Notes: generated from the letters alone by a model not told the origin. A stretch of DNA of 64,000 nucleotides from Elusimicrobia bacterium CG_4_9_14_3_um_filter_62_55 (GCA_002790095.1 PFUL01000184.1:2740-66739); one strand, 5' to 3'. Counted from the first letter of the stretch, positions 13,494-22,859 are shown. Made by a program: numbers and translations.

Positions 13494-14606
13494 CTACCAA
13501 ATGCCTTCCTGCGTCTCGAGCAGCTCCACGATCGCGTCGGCGATGTCCGGGTCGAACCGGGTTCCTTTTCCGGCCCGGATTTCCCGAACCGCCGTCTCGA
13601 TGCGCTGCTCCGGCGGAACCCCGCCGTTCATGCGCAGATCTTCTATCTCTTCGATGACGCGGAGCACGCGCGCGCCCTCCGGAATTTCCTCGCCTTTCAA
13701 TTTTCCCGGGTAGCCCGTCCCGTCGTAGTTCTCGTGATGGTGACGGATGATCGGAAGAGCGCCCTCGAGCATGTTGATGCCCTCGAGCATTTTCACGGAC
13801 AGAAGCGTGTGCTGTTCCTCCACCGGAGACGTGATCCCGACCAATCCGAGGATGCGCGGATTCTTAAAGCCGACGTAGCCGATGTCGTGCAGCAAGCCCG
13901 CGTAGTACGTCATGCGGTACAAATAATCGTCTCCGCCCATCGCCCTTACCACGGCGCAAGCCAGGCGGGCGACCCGGTTGGGGTGGTCGAAGTTGCGCGG
14001 CTTGGAAACCTCGATCATCCCGCCCAGAAGCTCCAGAACGTGTGAGAAGAAATTCTTCTGATCCTGGATGATGCGCGTGTTCGTGATGGCGACCGAAGCG
14101 AGATTCGCCAGGCTCGAGAGCAATCCGATGTGTTCGTTGGCATAGGTGCCTGTCCGTTTATTGAGGACCTCGCAAACCCCGACCAATTCCCCGCGGAAAA
14201 ACATCGGCACCGCGATCAGCGAGCGAGTGATGAACCCCGATTTCTTGTCGAACTGCCCGGCGAACCGCGGGTCCTTCGACGCGTCGGGGACGATCTCGGG
14301 ACGGCCTTCTTTCGCCACCCATCCGGCGATGCCCTGTCCTATGGGCAAGGTCATTTTTTTAAGCTTCGCCCCGGCCTCGCCTCCCGCGACCTTGAAGTAG
14401 AGGCTCTTCCGGTCGTCGGTTACGAGCATGATCGCGCTGGCTTCCGAATCGAGAAGACGCTCGGCGGCCGTGCCGATTTTCTCCAGCAGGAAATCCAGGT
14501 CGGGTGTGGAGTTGAGAGAACCGGCGATTGAGAAGAGTTCGAGGGCGAGCGACAAATCGCCGACGCCTCCCTTTGCGGAAATGGAATCGGGCGCGGGAGA
14601 GGTCAT
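13494..14606 (-). CDS. GAF sensor domain + HD-GYP domain phosphodiesterase (predicted c-di-GMP hydrolase)
   Basis: An N-terminal GAF-like region is followed by HDIGY...HHENYDGTGYPGKL (HD and GYP motifs intact). The start codon overlaps the upstream stop (tcat at 14603-14606). Confidence 0.8.
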   Translation of the reverse strand: MTSPAPDSISAKGGVGDLSLALELFSIAGSLNSTPDLDFLLEKIGTAAERLLDSEASAIMLVTDDRKSLYFKVAGGEAGAKLKKMTLPIGQGIAGWVAKEGRPEIVPDASKDPRFAGQFDKKSGFITRSLIAVPMFFRGELVGVCEVLNKRTGTYANEHIGLLSSLANLASVAITNTRIIQDQKNFFSHVLELLGGMIEVSKPRNFDHPNRVARLACAVVRAMGGDDYLYRMTYYAGLLHDIGYVGFKNPRILGLVGITSPVEEQHTLLSVKMLEGINMLEGALPIIRHHHENYDGTGYPGKLKGEEIPEGARVLRVIEEIEDLRMNGGVPPEQRIETAVREIRAGKGTRFDPDIADAIVELLETQEGIW

Positions 14607-16417
14607 TGCGGCTTATCCTCCTCTTTTTCCTGGCCGCCGATCACTTCGCGGACCGTCGTCCAGCCCAGTTTCACCTTCTCGAGACCGTCCTGCATGATGG
14701 TTCGAAAATTCCCCTGTCCGACGGCGATCGGGGTCAGAGTCGAGACCGACATGTCGGTCAGGGAAACCTTGCGCAGCTCGTCGCCGAGAATCAGCAGTTC
14801 GTGAAATCCGATACGACCCTTGAAGCCGGAATCCTTGCACTCGTCGCAGCCCTTCCCCTTCATGAATTTCGTCCCAGGTGGAACATCGACCTTATGCTCT
14901 TCAAAGAGGGCGAGTTCCTCAGGTCTCGGATCGTGAGGTTCGGCGCAATTCTTGCAGTTGCGGCGGCCGAGACGCTGGGCCAGGATGGCCTTGGTCGTGG
15001 AAGCGACCATGTAGGCCGGTACGCCCATTTCAGCGACGCGGCTTAAAGTCGAAAGCGAGTCGTTCGTGTGAATGGTCGAGAAGACGAGGTGACCCGTCAT
15101 CGCCGCTTCCATCGCGATATGCGCCGTTTCCCCGTCGCGAATTTCGCCGACCATGATAACGTCCGGATCGAGACGCAAAAACGAGCGGAGCGCCGAGGCG
15201 AAGTCGAATTTCTTCCCCTCGCCGAGCTTCAGGTCCGGGTTGACGGGGACCTGCACGATTCCGTCGAGGTTGTATTCGACCGGGTTTTCCGCGGTGAGAA
15301 TCTTGATGTCCGGGCGGTTTACATAATTAAGGCAGGAGTAGAGCGTGGTCGATTTTCCGGAACCCGTCGGACCGCAGACGACGATGAGACCGAAGTTCTT
15401 TTTCCCGCCGATGCCCTCGAGCAGTCCCAGGAGGTTCCTCTTCGTATCCTCCATGAAACCCATCACGTTGATGTCGACCTGAATCGATCGGCGGTCGAGA
15501 ATACGAAGCACCGCGGACTCTCCGTAGACGGTCGGCACGATCTCGACGCGGAACTCAATGGGGTTGCCGCCCGCGAGAATCTGGATGCGCCCCGACTGAG
15601 GGATGCGGCGCTCGGTCAGGTTCATCGAGTTCGTCAAAATCTTCAACTTCGCCATGATGGCCTGGCGGTAGGCCCACGGCACCTTGAAAGGTCCGGTCTT
15701 CAAAATACCGTCCTGGCGAAAGCGCAGCAGCAGGGCATTGTTCTTTCCGGAAGGATCGGCGAACGGTTCGATATGAATGTCGGAGGTCTTCGACTGAATC
15801 GCCGAGAGGAAAATCGCGTTGACCCACTTCTCGACTTCCGGGGCCGAGGGGTCGACGTCCGAAATATCCGACGCGGGCGCGTCTTTCTTGACGTCGCCGT
15901 CGAGATCGGGAGGACCGTCCTCGCCTCCCTTCTGCACGTCCTCGATGAGAGCCCCGAGCGCGGCGCCTTCGCCTCGGTTGTACGCCTGATTGAGCGCGTC
16001 GATCACGTCCCACGGCATGGCCAGATAGGCCTGGACGTCGAGGCCGGTGCGCAGATGGATATCTTCGGAAACGAAAAAGTCCTTCGGGTCGGCCATCGCG
16101 ACGAAGAGGATGGATTCCTCCTTCGCGAACGGAATCGCCTGATGCCGCCGCGCGACGGCTTCCGGAATGATCTGAACGATCTCTTCGTCGGGCTCCATCT
16201 GGGAAAGGTCGACGGCCTTCACCTGCCACTCCTCGGACAAAACCTTGAGGAGCTTCGGCTTCTTCATCAGCTTGTCTTCGACGATGACCTGCTGAATCGG
16301 CTTGTCTTCCTTTTTCGCCTTCTCCGCCGCGGCTTCGAGAATCTTCTCGTCGAGGAGTTTTCGCTCCTTGAGAATCTCGGCGACGGTCTTGCGTCGGACG
16401 AGGCCTTTAAGAGCCAT
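14603..16417 (-). CDS. GspE/PilB-family secretion/pilus assembly ATPase with N-terminal T2SSE_N (GspE_N) domain
   Basis: Start taken at MALKGLVRRK with a GGAGAA RBS. Walker A GPTGSGKSTTLYS and a C-terminal tetracysteine (CKNC...CDEC) are present. The track ORF start 16672 is an upstream over-extension. Confidence 0.85.
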   Translation of the reverse strand: MALKGLVRRKTVAEILKERKLLDEKILEAAAEKAKKEDKPIQQVIVEDKLMKKPKLLKVLSEEWQVKAVDLSQMEPDEEIVQIIPEAVARRHQAIPFAKEESILFVAMADPKDFFVSEDIHLRTGLDVQAYLAMPWDVIDALNQAYNRGEGAALGALIEDVQKGGEDGPPDLDGDVKKDAPASDISDVDPSAPEVEKWVNAIFLSAIQSKTSDIHIEPFADPSGKNNALLLRFRQDGILKTGPFKVPWAYRQAIMAKLKILTNSMNLTERRIPQSGRIQILAGGNPIEFRVEIVPTVYGESAVLRILDRRSIQVDINVMGFMEDTKRNLLGLLEGIGGKKNFGLIVVCGPTGSGKSTTLYSCLNYVNRPDIKILTAENPVEYNLDGIVQVPVNPDLKLGEGKKFDFASALRSFLRLDPDVIMVGEIRDGETAHIAMEAAMTGHLVFSTIHTNDSLSTLSRVAEMGVPAYMVASTTKAILAQRLGRRNCKNCAEPHDPRPEELALFEEHKVDVPPGTKFMKGKGCDECKDSGFKGRIGFHELLILGDELRKVSLTDMSVSTLTPIAVGQGNFRTIMQDGLEKVKLGWTTVREVIGGQEKEEDKPQ

Positions 16418-18038
16418 GGTATTCTCCGAAGACGCCGCGCAGGGCGTCGCAGATTTCTCCGGTGGTCGCGCCGCGCTTGACCGCGTCGCCGACCAGCGGA
16501 AACAGATTCTCCTTCGAACCGGCCGCCTTCGCGAGCCGCCCGACCGCCTCCTCCGCGGCTGCGCCGTCTCGCTTGCGCCGGAAGGACGCGAGACGTTTCT
16601 TCTGCTCGCGCTCAAGCCCCGGGGAAACCTTGAGCGTCTCCCGCTCCCCGGCCCTTTCGACCGCGCCGTCAATTTCGTAGGAGTTCACGCCGACGATTTT
16701 TCGGCGACCCGCCTCGATGTCCTTCTGGTAGCGGTAGGCGCTCTGTTGAATCTCGTTCTGAGCCCAGCCTTTCGCGATCGCGGGAATCATCCCGCCCATT
16801 TCTCGGACCTTTTCGAGCGTCTTCCAGGCCCGGGTCTCGATCTCGTCGGTCAGCGCCTCGATCGCATACGAGCCCGCGACCGGGTCCACCGTGTCCGGCA
16901 CGCCGGTCTCATGCGCCAGAATCTGCTGCGTGCGCAGCGCGAGTTCCGCGCTTTCCTCGGTCGGAAGCGCGAGCGCCTCGTCGAACGCGTTCGTGTGGAG
17001 GCTCTGCGTCCCTCCGAGAACCGCCGCCATCGCCTGCAGGGACACGCGCATGACGTTGTTGAGGGGTTGTCGGCTGGTCAAGGTCGAGCCGCAGGTCTGG
17101 GTATGGAAGCGGAGTTTTCCGGAGCGCGGGTCCTTCGCGCCGTAGCGTTCGGTGACGATCCTATTCCACAGTCGGCGGGCGGCCCGGAACTTCGCGATCT
17201 CTTCGAGGAAATGGTTGTGGCAGCCGAAAAAGAACGCAAGCCTCGGCGCGAAATCGTCGATCGAGAGTCCGCGCGCCAGGGCCGCGTCGATGTAGGCCTC
17301 GGCGTTGCCCAAAGTGAACGCGACTTCCTGAACCGCGTCGGAACCGGCTTCGCGGATGTGATAGCCCGAGATGGAAATCGGATTCCATTTCGGATAGTGC
17401 CGGACCGAGTATTCAATCACGTCGGTCGCCAGGCGCATGCCGTGCTCGACCGGAAAGATGTAGGTGCCGCGCGCCAGATATTCCTTCAAAATGTCGTTTT
17501 GGACCGTGCCGCGCAGCATCGCGGGCTTCGCGCCCTGCTCTTCGGCCACCGCGGCGTACAGCGCAAGCAGCACCGGCGCGGTCGCGTTGATCGTCATCGA
17601 GGTGGAAACGTCCCCCAGCGGAATCCCGGAGAACAGGGTGCGCATGTCGTCGATCGAGCCGATGTGAACCCCGACGCGGCCCACCTCGCCGCTCGCAGCC
17701 TTGGCGTCCGCGTCGTGCCCGATCTGAGTCGGCAGGTCGAACGCCGTCGAAAGGCCGGTCTGCCCCTGTTCGAGCAGGAAGCGAAAGCGCTTGTTGGTCT
17801 CGGACGCGGTCCCGAAGCCCGCGTATTGGCGCATGGTCCAAAGCCGGGAGCGGTACATGTCGGAGTGCACCCCCCGCGTATAAGGGCCCTCTCCGGCGTT
17901 TCCGATCGCGGCGGCGGCGGTCTTTTCCCGCGTATCGCGTCCGGCGGCGCCTTCGGCGCCCGGTCCGTAAAATCGTTCCAAGGTGATTCCCGACGGAGTC
18001 GTGTACTCCGCGGAGGCTTCGTCGACCGTGTCGCTCAT
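16407..18038 (-). CDS. Methylmalonyl-CoA mutase large (catalytic, N-terminal TIM barrel) subunit
   Basis: Start taken at MSDTVDEASAEY with a GGAG RBS. RTMRQYAGFGTASETN... is characteristic of MCM. The track ORF start (18251) is over-extended. Confidence 0.85.
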   Translation of the reverse strand: MSDTVDEASAEYTTPSGITLERFYGPGAEGAAGRDTREKTAAAAIGNAGEGPYTRGVHSDMYRSRLWTMRQYAGFGTASETNKRFRFLLEQGQTGLSTAFDLPTQIGHDADAKAASGEVGRVGVHIGSIDDMRTLFSGIPLGDVSTSMTINATAPVLLALYAAVAEEQGAKPAMLRGTVQNDILKEYLARGTYIFPVEHGMRLATDVIEYSVRHYPKWNPISISGYHIREAGSDAVQEVAFTLGNAEAYIDAALARGLSIDDFAPRLAFFFGCHNHFLEEIAKFRAARRLWNRIVTERYGAKDPRSGKLRFHTQTCGSTLTSRQPLNNVMRVSLQAMAAVLGGTQSLHTNAFDEALALPTEESAELALRTQQILAHETGVPDTVDPVAGSYAIEALTDEIETRAWKTLEKVREMGGMIPAIAKGWAQNEIQQSAYRYQKDIEAGRRKIVGVNSYEIDGAVERAGERETLKVSPGLEREQKKRLASFRRKRDGAAAEEAVGRLAKAAGSKENLFPLVGDAVKRGATTGEICDALRGVFGEYHGS

Positions 18039-18373
18039 CGAATCTCCAATAGGTCCCCTTCGGACACGCTGCCGTCCAGCGCGCCTGCGGGCAGTTCCAG
18101 CACGCTGTGCGCCGTGAACACCCACGGAGACAAGCGCCAAGGCTTCAAATCCTCGATCACGCGCCGTACGCGCAAGTTTCGGTCGAGGAACAGGACGTCG
18201 ATCGGAAAGCGCATGAAGAAGGTATGGATCATCGGGCACGGGACGATCCAAAGCCCTTCCTCGGCCTCCATCCGGTCACGGCCCAACAGCCCCTGAGCCC
18301 GCGACGCGGCCGTATCCGCCAGCGCCACTTCCCGCGCCACAATCCGGTCCCGCGTACGGTTAAAGGCTATCAA
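18035..18373 (-). CDS. DUF192-like small protein
   Basis: 112 aa with TTG start; FLDRNLRVRRV..ELPAG resembles DUF192. Its stop overlaps the MCM large-subunit start. Confidence 0.45.
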   Translation of the reverse strand: MIAFNRTRDRIVAREVALADTAASRAQGLLGRDRMEAEEGLWIVPCPMIHTFFMRFPIDVLFLDRNLRVRRVIEDLKPWRLSPWVFTAHSVLELPAGALDGSVSEGDLLEIR

Positions 18374-18424
18374 AATAGCCTCGCGCGCTCCAAGAATTTC
18401 CCATGCGGTGTATGGGGATATTAC

Positions 18425-19229
18425 CTAATCGGAGGGGGTCTCGGGCGGAGAGAGCAGTTCCTCAACGAGAAAACGCGCCTTCAGCGGAATTACACCCCGC
18501 GCAAGGTAGGCTTCGATTGCCGCGAAAACCTGCCTCGGATCGGTGAGGCCAAGATAACCGATGAGAAATTCGACGTCGGCGCGAAAATCGCGTCAACGTT
18601 CTTCGTCGCGTCGAGGCTTATCCCCTCTCTAAGAAATTCCCAAGGACGAACAGATTGCGTTTGCGAAAGATCGCCGGAGATTCCACCAGGGCAGAAGCCT
18701 TCAGGCTCTCCGCTTCCGATAAGAACCACGGGTCTTCGAGTCGACCAATCCCGCGACACCATTCCGGTGCCGACTCTCCGAGCAGGAATTCCACGCTCGA
18801 GGCGTACAACGCCCGCACTCGCCGAGGGCAGTCCGGGTCCGGCGCGAGCGCGCATAGGCCCGGATCACGCAGACGGCGATACGCGTCGACGAATTGAAAC
18901 AGCCACAGCGTCCACGTTTCCTCCCCCTCCAGCTTGATCCGCAGCGAAGTCTCGGCCACCGAATCCGGACCGGCGAGCCAATGACGGGCAAGGAGCCTTT
19001 CGGCACCGGCGGACGAGAAGCCAAGCGCCGCAACGGTCGCCGTGATGGTAGACCATCGGGGGTCCGTCGCGCCCGACTCCAGTCGTTGGAGGGCACCGAA
19101 GGAGAGACCTGCGGCAATGGGGAATATTGGCTCGCCACATAACGGCCACAGAGCGTTGACGACGAACCTGTTTTATAACGTCTTTCCCCATTTGCCATCC
19201 CGAAGAAATCGGATTTTTTGAGAAGCCAT
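18425..19229 (-). pseudogene. Disrupted gene of unknown function: one reading frame broken by an in-frame TAA and two frameshifts
   Basis: Minus-strand translation starts at ATG 19227-19229 (MASQKIRFLRDGKWGKTL*), continues open for ~190 codons (...LWLFQFVDAYRRLRDPG...NFLERG*), then shifts frame twice (ISLDATKNVDAIFA | DVEFLIGYLGLTDPRQVFAAIEAYLARGVIPLKARFLVEELL...SD*). The track shows only fragments 18618..18959 and 18490..18855. Confidence 0.45.
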
Positions 19230-19248
19230 TTAAATTTCAGCACTTTTA

Positions 19249-19266
19249 GCATATCGCGCGATATGC
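19249..19266. promoter_or_regulatory. Perfect 18-bp palindrome GCATATCGCGCGATATGC in an AT-rich divergent promoter region
   Basis: Read directly; the reverse complement is identical. It sits ~20 bp upstream of the 19227-19229 ATG on the minus strand and ~115 bp upstream of the HNH gene on the plus strand. Confidence 0.6.
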
Positions 19267-19382
19267 AAAAAGTCCTTACATTTTAAGCGCTTCATGAAAA
19301 ATCCGATTTGGATCTCCCGCGGCAGGGAACAATTTCGGTGGCCGACGCGTACGAAGCATCAAAAGTACAGAGAGGGTCAGAC

Positions 19383-20531
19383 ATGGACGATGATTTCGAT
19401 TGCGCTTCACTCAGCGATGCTCAACTTATTGCTTCACTCAAGGCCTGCGTGGAGGACGAGCGCCGCCAGACAGTTAAGATCCTAAAGCGGCTTAACGAAG
19501 TGGAACGACGCGACTTGTTTTCCAAGAAGCGATATTCCTCGATGTTTGCGTTTTGCATCGGCGAGCTCGGCTACTCGGAAGGCGCTGCCGCGCGGCGCAT
19601 TCATGCCGCTAGAGCCGCGAAGAACTTTCCGCTCATTTATCGGCGCCTTTCCGGCGGCAGCATCAGCCTGACTGCCGTTTCACTGCTGGCCCCGCATCTG
19701 GACGATGAAAACCATCGCGGGCTGTTGGACCGATGCGCCGGGAAGAGTTCTCGCGAGATCGACCGAATCCTCTCGGAATTCTCCCCGCGTCCGGCTCCCC
19801 GCGACTCGATCCGCCATCTCGGCACGGCCCCGTCGCCATCCGAAATTCCGGGAGACGACGCCAGCGGCGCGCTGCCCTTCTCAGGCGTTTCGGATTCCGC
19901 CCTCACGGAGCCCCAACCGATGTCGTCCGGCGGCGAAGCAGGGCAAAAAGACGATGCCTCTTCCGCTCCGCCCGGCGACCCGGGACCGAAGGAGGGTGAG
20001 CGCGTCTCGGTCACGTTCTCTGCCGACCAGAGATTCGTCGACCGGCTGGAAAGGGCCCGGCAATTGCTGCGTCATAAGTATCCGGCCGCGCGATTTGAGC
20101 AGGTGCTTGCCGACGCGCTCGAAGCGCTTTTGGACCGCGTCGACCCGTTCCGCCGGGAGGCGAGGCGGGCATCCAAATCCAGACTCGCTTCGGAGCAGTC
20201 TTCGGACGGAAGTCAGAACCCGGCCCGGGCGGGCGTCGTTTCGGGAGAATCGTCAGGCCGGACGATACCGGCGCGCCTGCGCGACGCCGTTTGGATACGC
20301 GACGAAGGATGCTGCGCGTACATCGACGACGAAGGGCGCCGCTGCGAATCCCGGGACTTTTTGGAGATCGACCATGTGGTCCCGCACGCCCTCGGAGGGA
20401 GTTCCGATGACGCCGGCAACCTGCGCCTGCTTTGCCGCGCGCACAACCGACGCGAAGCGGCGCGCATTTTCGGAGAGGAGTTTATGCGGGCCGCCTCCGA
20501 CCGGGCGGCGCGGAACCGGATTAGCGGATAA
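19383..20531 (+). CDS. HNH endonuclease domain protein (DUF222 N-terminal domain + HNH; REP13E12-like)
   Basis: C-terminal DHVVPHALGGSSDDAGNLRLLCRAHNRRE HNH motif. Start taken at MDDDFDCASL; the track start 19308 lies in the AT-rich promoter. Confidence 0.75.
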   Translation: MDDDFDCASLSDAQLIASLKACVEDERRQTVKILKRLNEVERRDLFSKKRYSSMFAFCIGELGYSEGAAARRIHAARAAKNFPLIYRRLSGGSISLTAVSLLAPHLDDENHRGLLDRCAGKSSREIDRILSEFSPRPAPRDSIRHLGTAPSPSEIPGDDASGALPFSGVSDSALTEPQPMSSGGEAGQKDDASSAPPGDPGPKEGERVSVTFSADQRFVDRLERARQLLRHKYPAARFEQVLADALEALLDRVDPFRREARRASKSRLASEQSSDGSQNPARAGVVSGESSGRTIPARLRDAVWIRDEGCCAYIDDEGRRCESRDFLEIDHVVPHALGGSSDDAGNLRLLCRAHNRREAARIFGEEFMRAASDRAARNRISG

Positions 20532-22176
20532 GCGCCAAGCGCGCCTTCTGCATCCCGGCATCGGTTTTGACGAGCAGAATGTACACCCCGCTGGCGACGT
20601 CGTTGCCGGCGTCGTTTTTGCCGTCCCAACTGGTGTTCGAGCCCAATTGCCGGACGAATTCCCCGGCCATCGTGTAGATGCGGATATCGGCGTTCTTGCC
20701 CTGCAGGCCCGTCGGGATCGTGATCGTCGCGGCGCCGTGCGTGGAAGGACGGAAAGGGTTCGGGAACGCGATCACCTTGGCGTCTCCGTCGAAGCCGGAG
20801 AGGGTGCCTTCGGCTGTCAATTTCATGGCGCGAAAGGCATTAAGAAGACCCGCTCCCGATGATTCGCCCATCACCCTAGTCGAGGGGGTCAACGACGCAA
20901 CACCGATGCCGACGGCCGACGCCCTGAGGTTGCTTTTAATCGTAGCCCAAGTAATTGCCGGATCTTTCGCGATCATGAGAGCGGCGACTCCGGCTCCGAT
21001 GGGCGATGAAAACGAAGTACCGGTGGCCCCGCCGGTATAACTTCCCGAAAGATCGGTGGTAACAATCGCAACACCCGGTGCCACGAAACCGTTGGCAGCG
21101 AGTTCCGGGCCGCGTGAAGAAAAAGAAGCTATGTTGTTGTTTGCATCCGTCGCGCCGACCGGGATGGCGTTCGGACAATTTCCCGGCTTATTTATCGTCG
21201 TGGGGTTTCCGTTTCCGGCCGACACGAACACCGGAATGTCTGCGGCGACGGCGTTCCCGAGGGCCGTGTTCACGGGGTCACCCGCCGCACACGTTCCTCC
21301 TCCGCCGATGCTCAGATTAACGACCATCCGGTTAACCGTCGGACTGCTCTTGTTGACAGTAATAATCGTCGTCAAGGCATTAATAATCGCCTGATCGTCG
21401 GTAAAACAGGTATTCCCACCGGCTTTATCGCCGCAATCCGTAGTGCAGTCCGTCGTGTTGAAGACACGGAATGACAGAAGACGGGCTCCCCAAGATACTC
21501 CCGCCACACCGGTTCCGTTGTTGGAAGCCGCTGCCGCAACCCCTGCAACCCGCGTTCCGTGATTGCATGCGATAAGCGGGGTTTCGGGGACACAGACCGC
21601 CCCGGTTCCAGCAGTATCATCAGAACCAGGATCGCAATAATAACTCGTCGACAGGAACTTATCCTTCAATTCCGGATGCGTCACTTCGATGCCGGCATCA
21701 ACAACCGCTATCGTTACGGTGCTGGAGGAACCGACTTCATACTCCCACGCGGCCGGCATATTGATGGAAGCCAGGTGATATTGTGACGCATAGTTCGGGT
21801 CGTTGGGCACCTTCGTCGGACGGTACGCTGTGTTATGCGTCACAGCCTGAACACCGTCCACGCCGCGCGCGAAGATCAACCCATTGCTAACGGACATCCC
21901 TGGCGGAAGTCGCGCCAAATCCCAATGGATGCTCGGAAACTCCTGCAGCAAAGACATTCCTCGTGCTGAAAACGCCTGATTCTTCGCGGCAGAGGAAACC
22001 CCGTTTGAAAACTGCACGAAGACCTCGCCGGAAGCCACTTGAATCTCTTCCGTACCCGAGCCGCCGGTCGATAACGGAACGGAACGACGCAAAGTCTCCA
22101 CCTGAATCGCGCCCGCCGGCACAGCCAACCCGGCGGCGAACAGCACCGTCAAAATCGATCGCTTCATGCTCAGCAT
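20521..22176 (-). CDS. Secreted subtilisin-like serine protease (S8) with T9SS-type C-terminal sorting domain (FlgD-Ig-like CTD)
   Basis: Start taken at MLSMKRSILTVLFAAGLAVPAGA (signal peptide) with AAGGAG RBS. Catalytic D (VVDAGIE), H (NHGTRVAG) and S (GTSFSSP) are present. The C-terminus IRIYTMAGEFVRQL..WDGKNDAGNDVASGVYILLV matches the CTD pattern. The track ORF start 23100 is an over-extension. Confidence 0.85.
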   Translation of the reverse strand: MLSMKRSILTVLFAAGLAVPAGAIQVETLRRSVPLSTGGSGTEEIQVASGEVFVQFSNGVSSAAKNQAFSARGMSLLQEFPSIHWDLARLPPGMSVSNGLIFARGVDGVQAVTHNTAYRPTKVPNDPNYASQYHLASINMPAAWEYEVGSSSTVTIAVVDAGIEVTHPELKDKFLSTSYYCDPGSDDTAGTGAVCVPETPLIACNHGTRVAGVAAAASNNGTGVAGVSWGARLLSFRVFNTTDCTTDCGDKAGGNTCFTDDQAIINALTTIITVNKSSPTVNRMVVNLSIGGGGTCAAGDPVNTALGNAVAADIPVFVSAGNGNPTTINKPGNCPNAIPVGATDANNNIASFSSRGPELAANGFVAPGVAIVTTDLSGSYTGGATGTSFSSPIGAGVAALMIAKDPAITWATIKSNLRASAVGIGVASLTPSTRVMGESSGAGLLNAFRAMKLTAEGTLSGFDGDAKVIAFPNPFRPSTHGAATITIPTGLQGKNADIRIYTMAGEFVRQLGSNTSWDGKNDAGNDVASGVYILLVKTDAGMQKARLALIR

Positions 22177-22859
22177 CCGTTCTCCTTGCGGATGATCCCC
22201 GGCAACTGCCCGATGTCGTCGAGTTCGTAATCCGCCCCCGACTTCCCCGGCTCGGTCCCGAAGGTATCGCCGTATTTCGCCCACGCGGCCTTGATCCCCA
22301 GCTTCTTCGCCCCGACGATGTCCCGCTCCGGCCAATCCCCGACCATCAAGGTCTCGGCGGGCGTGGTCCCGAGCACCTTCATCGCGGCGCGGAAGGGTCT
22401 CGGGTCCGGCTTGCGGGCGCCGGAATCCTCGGAGGTGATGATGTCCTCGAAATGATGGTGCAGGCCCAAGCCCACGATGCGCAGCCAGACTTCCAGCTTC
22501 GGCGCGTCGGACAGCACGATCATTTTGATGCCCATCTTGCGCAGTTCGAAAAGAACCGGACTGACGTGGGGATACAGCGCGAAGGTCCCGTGCTTCGCGC
22601 GGCGGTATCCGACAATGCCGGCGGCGAGGATGCGCATGTCGATGCGGCCAAGCTCTTTCTTGAGGATTTTGTCGAAAATCCGCTGGTCCTCGACTCCTTC
22701 GGCGAAATAGAGATCCATGATCTTCTCCTTCATGGTCTCCTTGTCCGCCTCGAGCCCCGCGTCGATCATCATCTCCACTGCGGCGTCGACGGCCGCCCGC
22801 TTCGTGCGCATGAAATCGGTTAAAGTGTTGTCGATATCGAAAATGACGCCGCGGATCAT
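22170..22859 (-). CDS. HAD-superfamily hydrolase (subfamily IA, phosphatase-like)
   Basis: MIRGVIFDIDNTLTD (DxDxT), VLSDAP and GDWPERD motifs. Confidence 0.8.
   Translation of the reverse strand: MIRGVIFDIDNTLTDFMRTKRAAVDAAVEMMIDAGLEADKETMKEKIMDLYFAEGVEDQRIFDKILKKELGRIDMRILAAGIVGYRRAKHGTFALYPHVSPVLFELRKMGIKMIVLSDAPKLEVWLRIVGLGLHHHFEDIITSEDSGARKPDPRPFRAAMKVLGTTPAETLMVGDWPERDIVGAKKLGIKAAWAKYGDTFGTEPGKSGADYELDDIGQLPGIIRKENGC

Noticed and set aside
18701-19252. 183-aa ORF 18701..19252 and 108-aa ORF 18865..19191 on the minus strand
   Set aside because: They are Arg-rich and non-protein-like. The third frame of the same region reads as a coherent, though interrupted, protein, so these are treated as shadow frames of the degraded gene.
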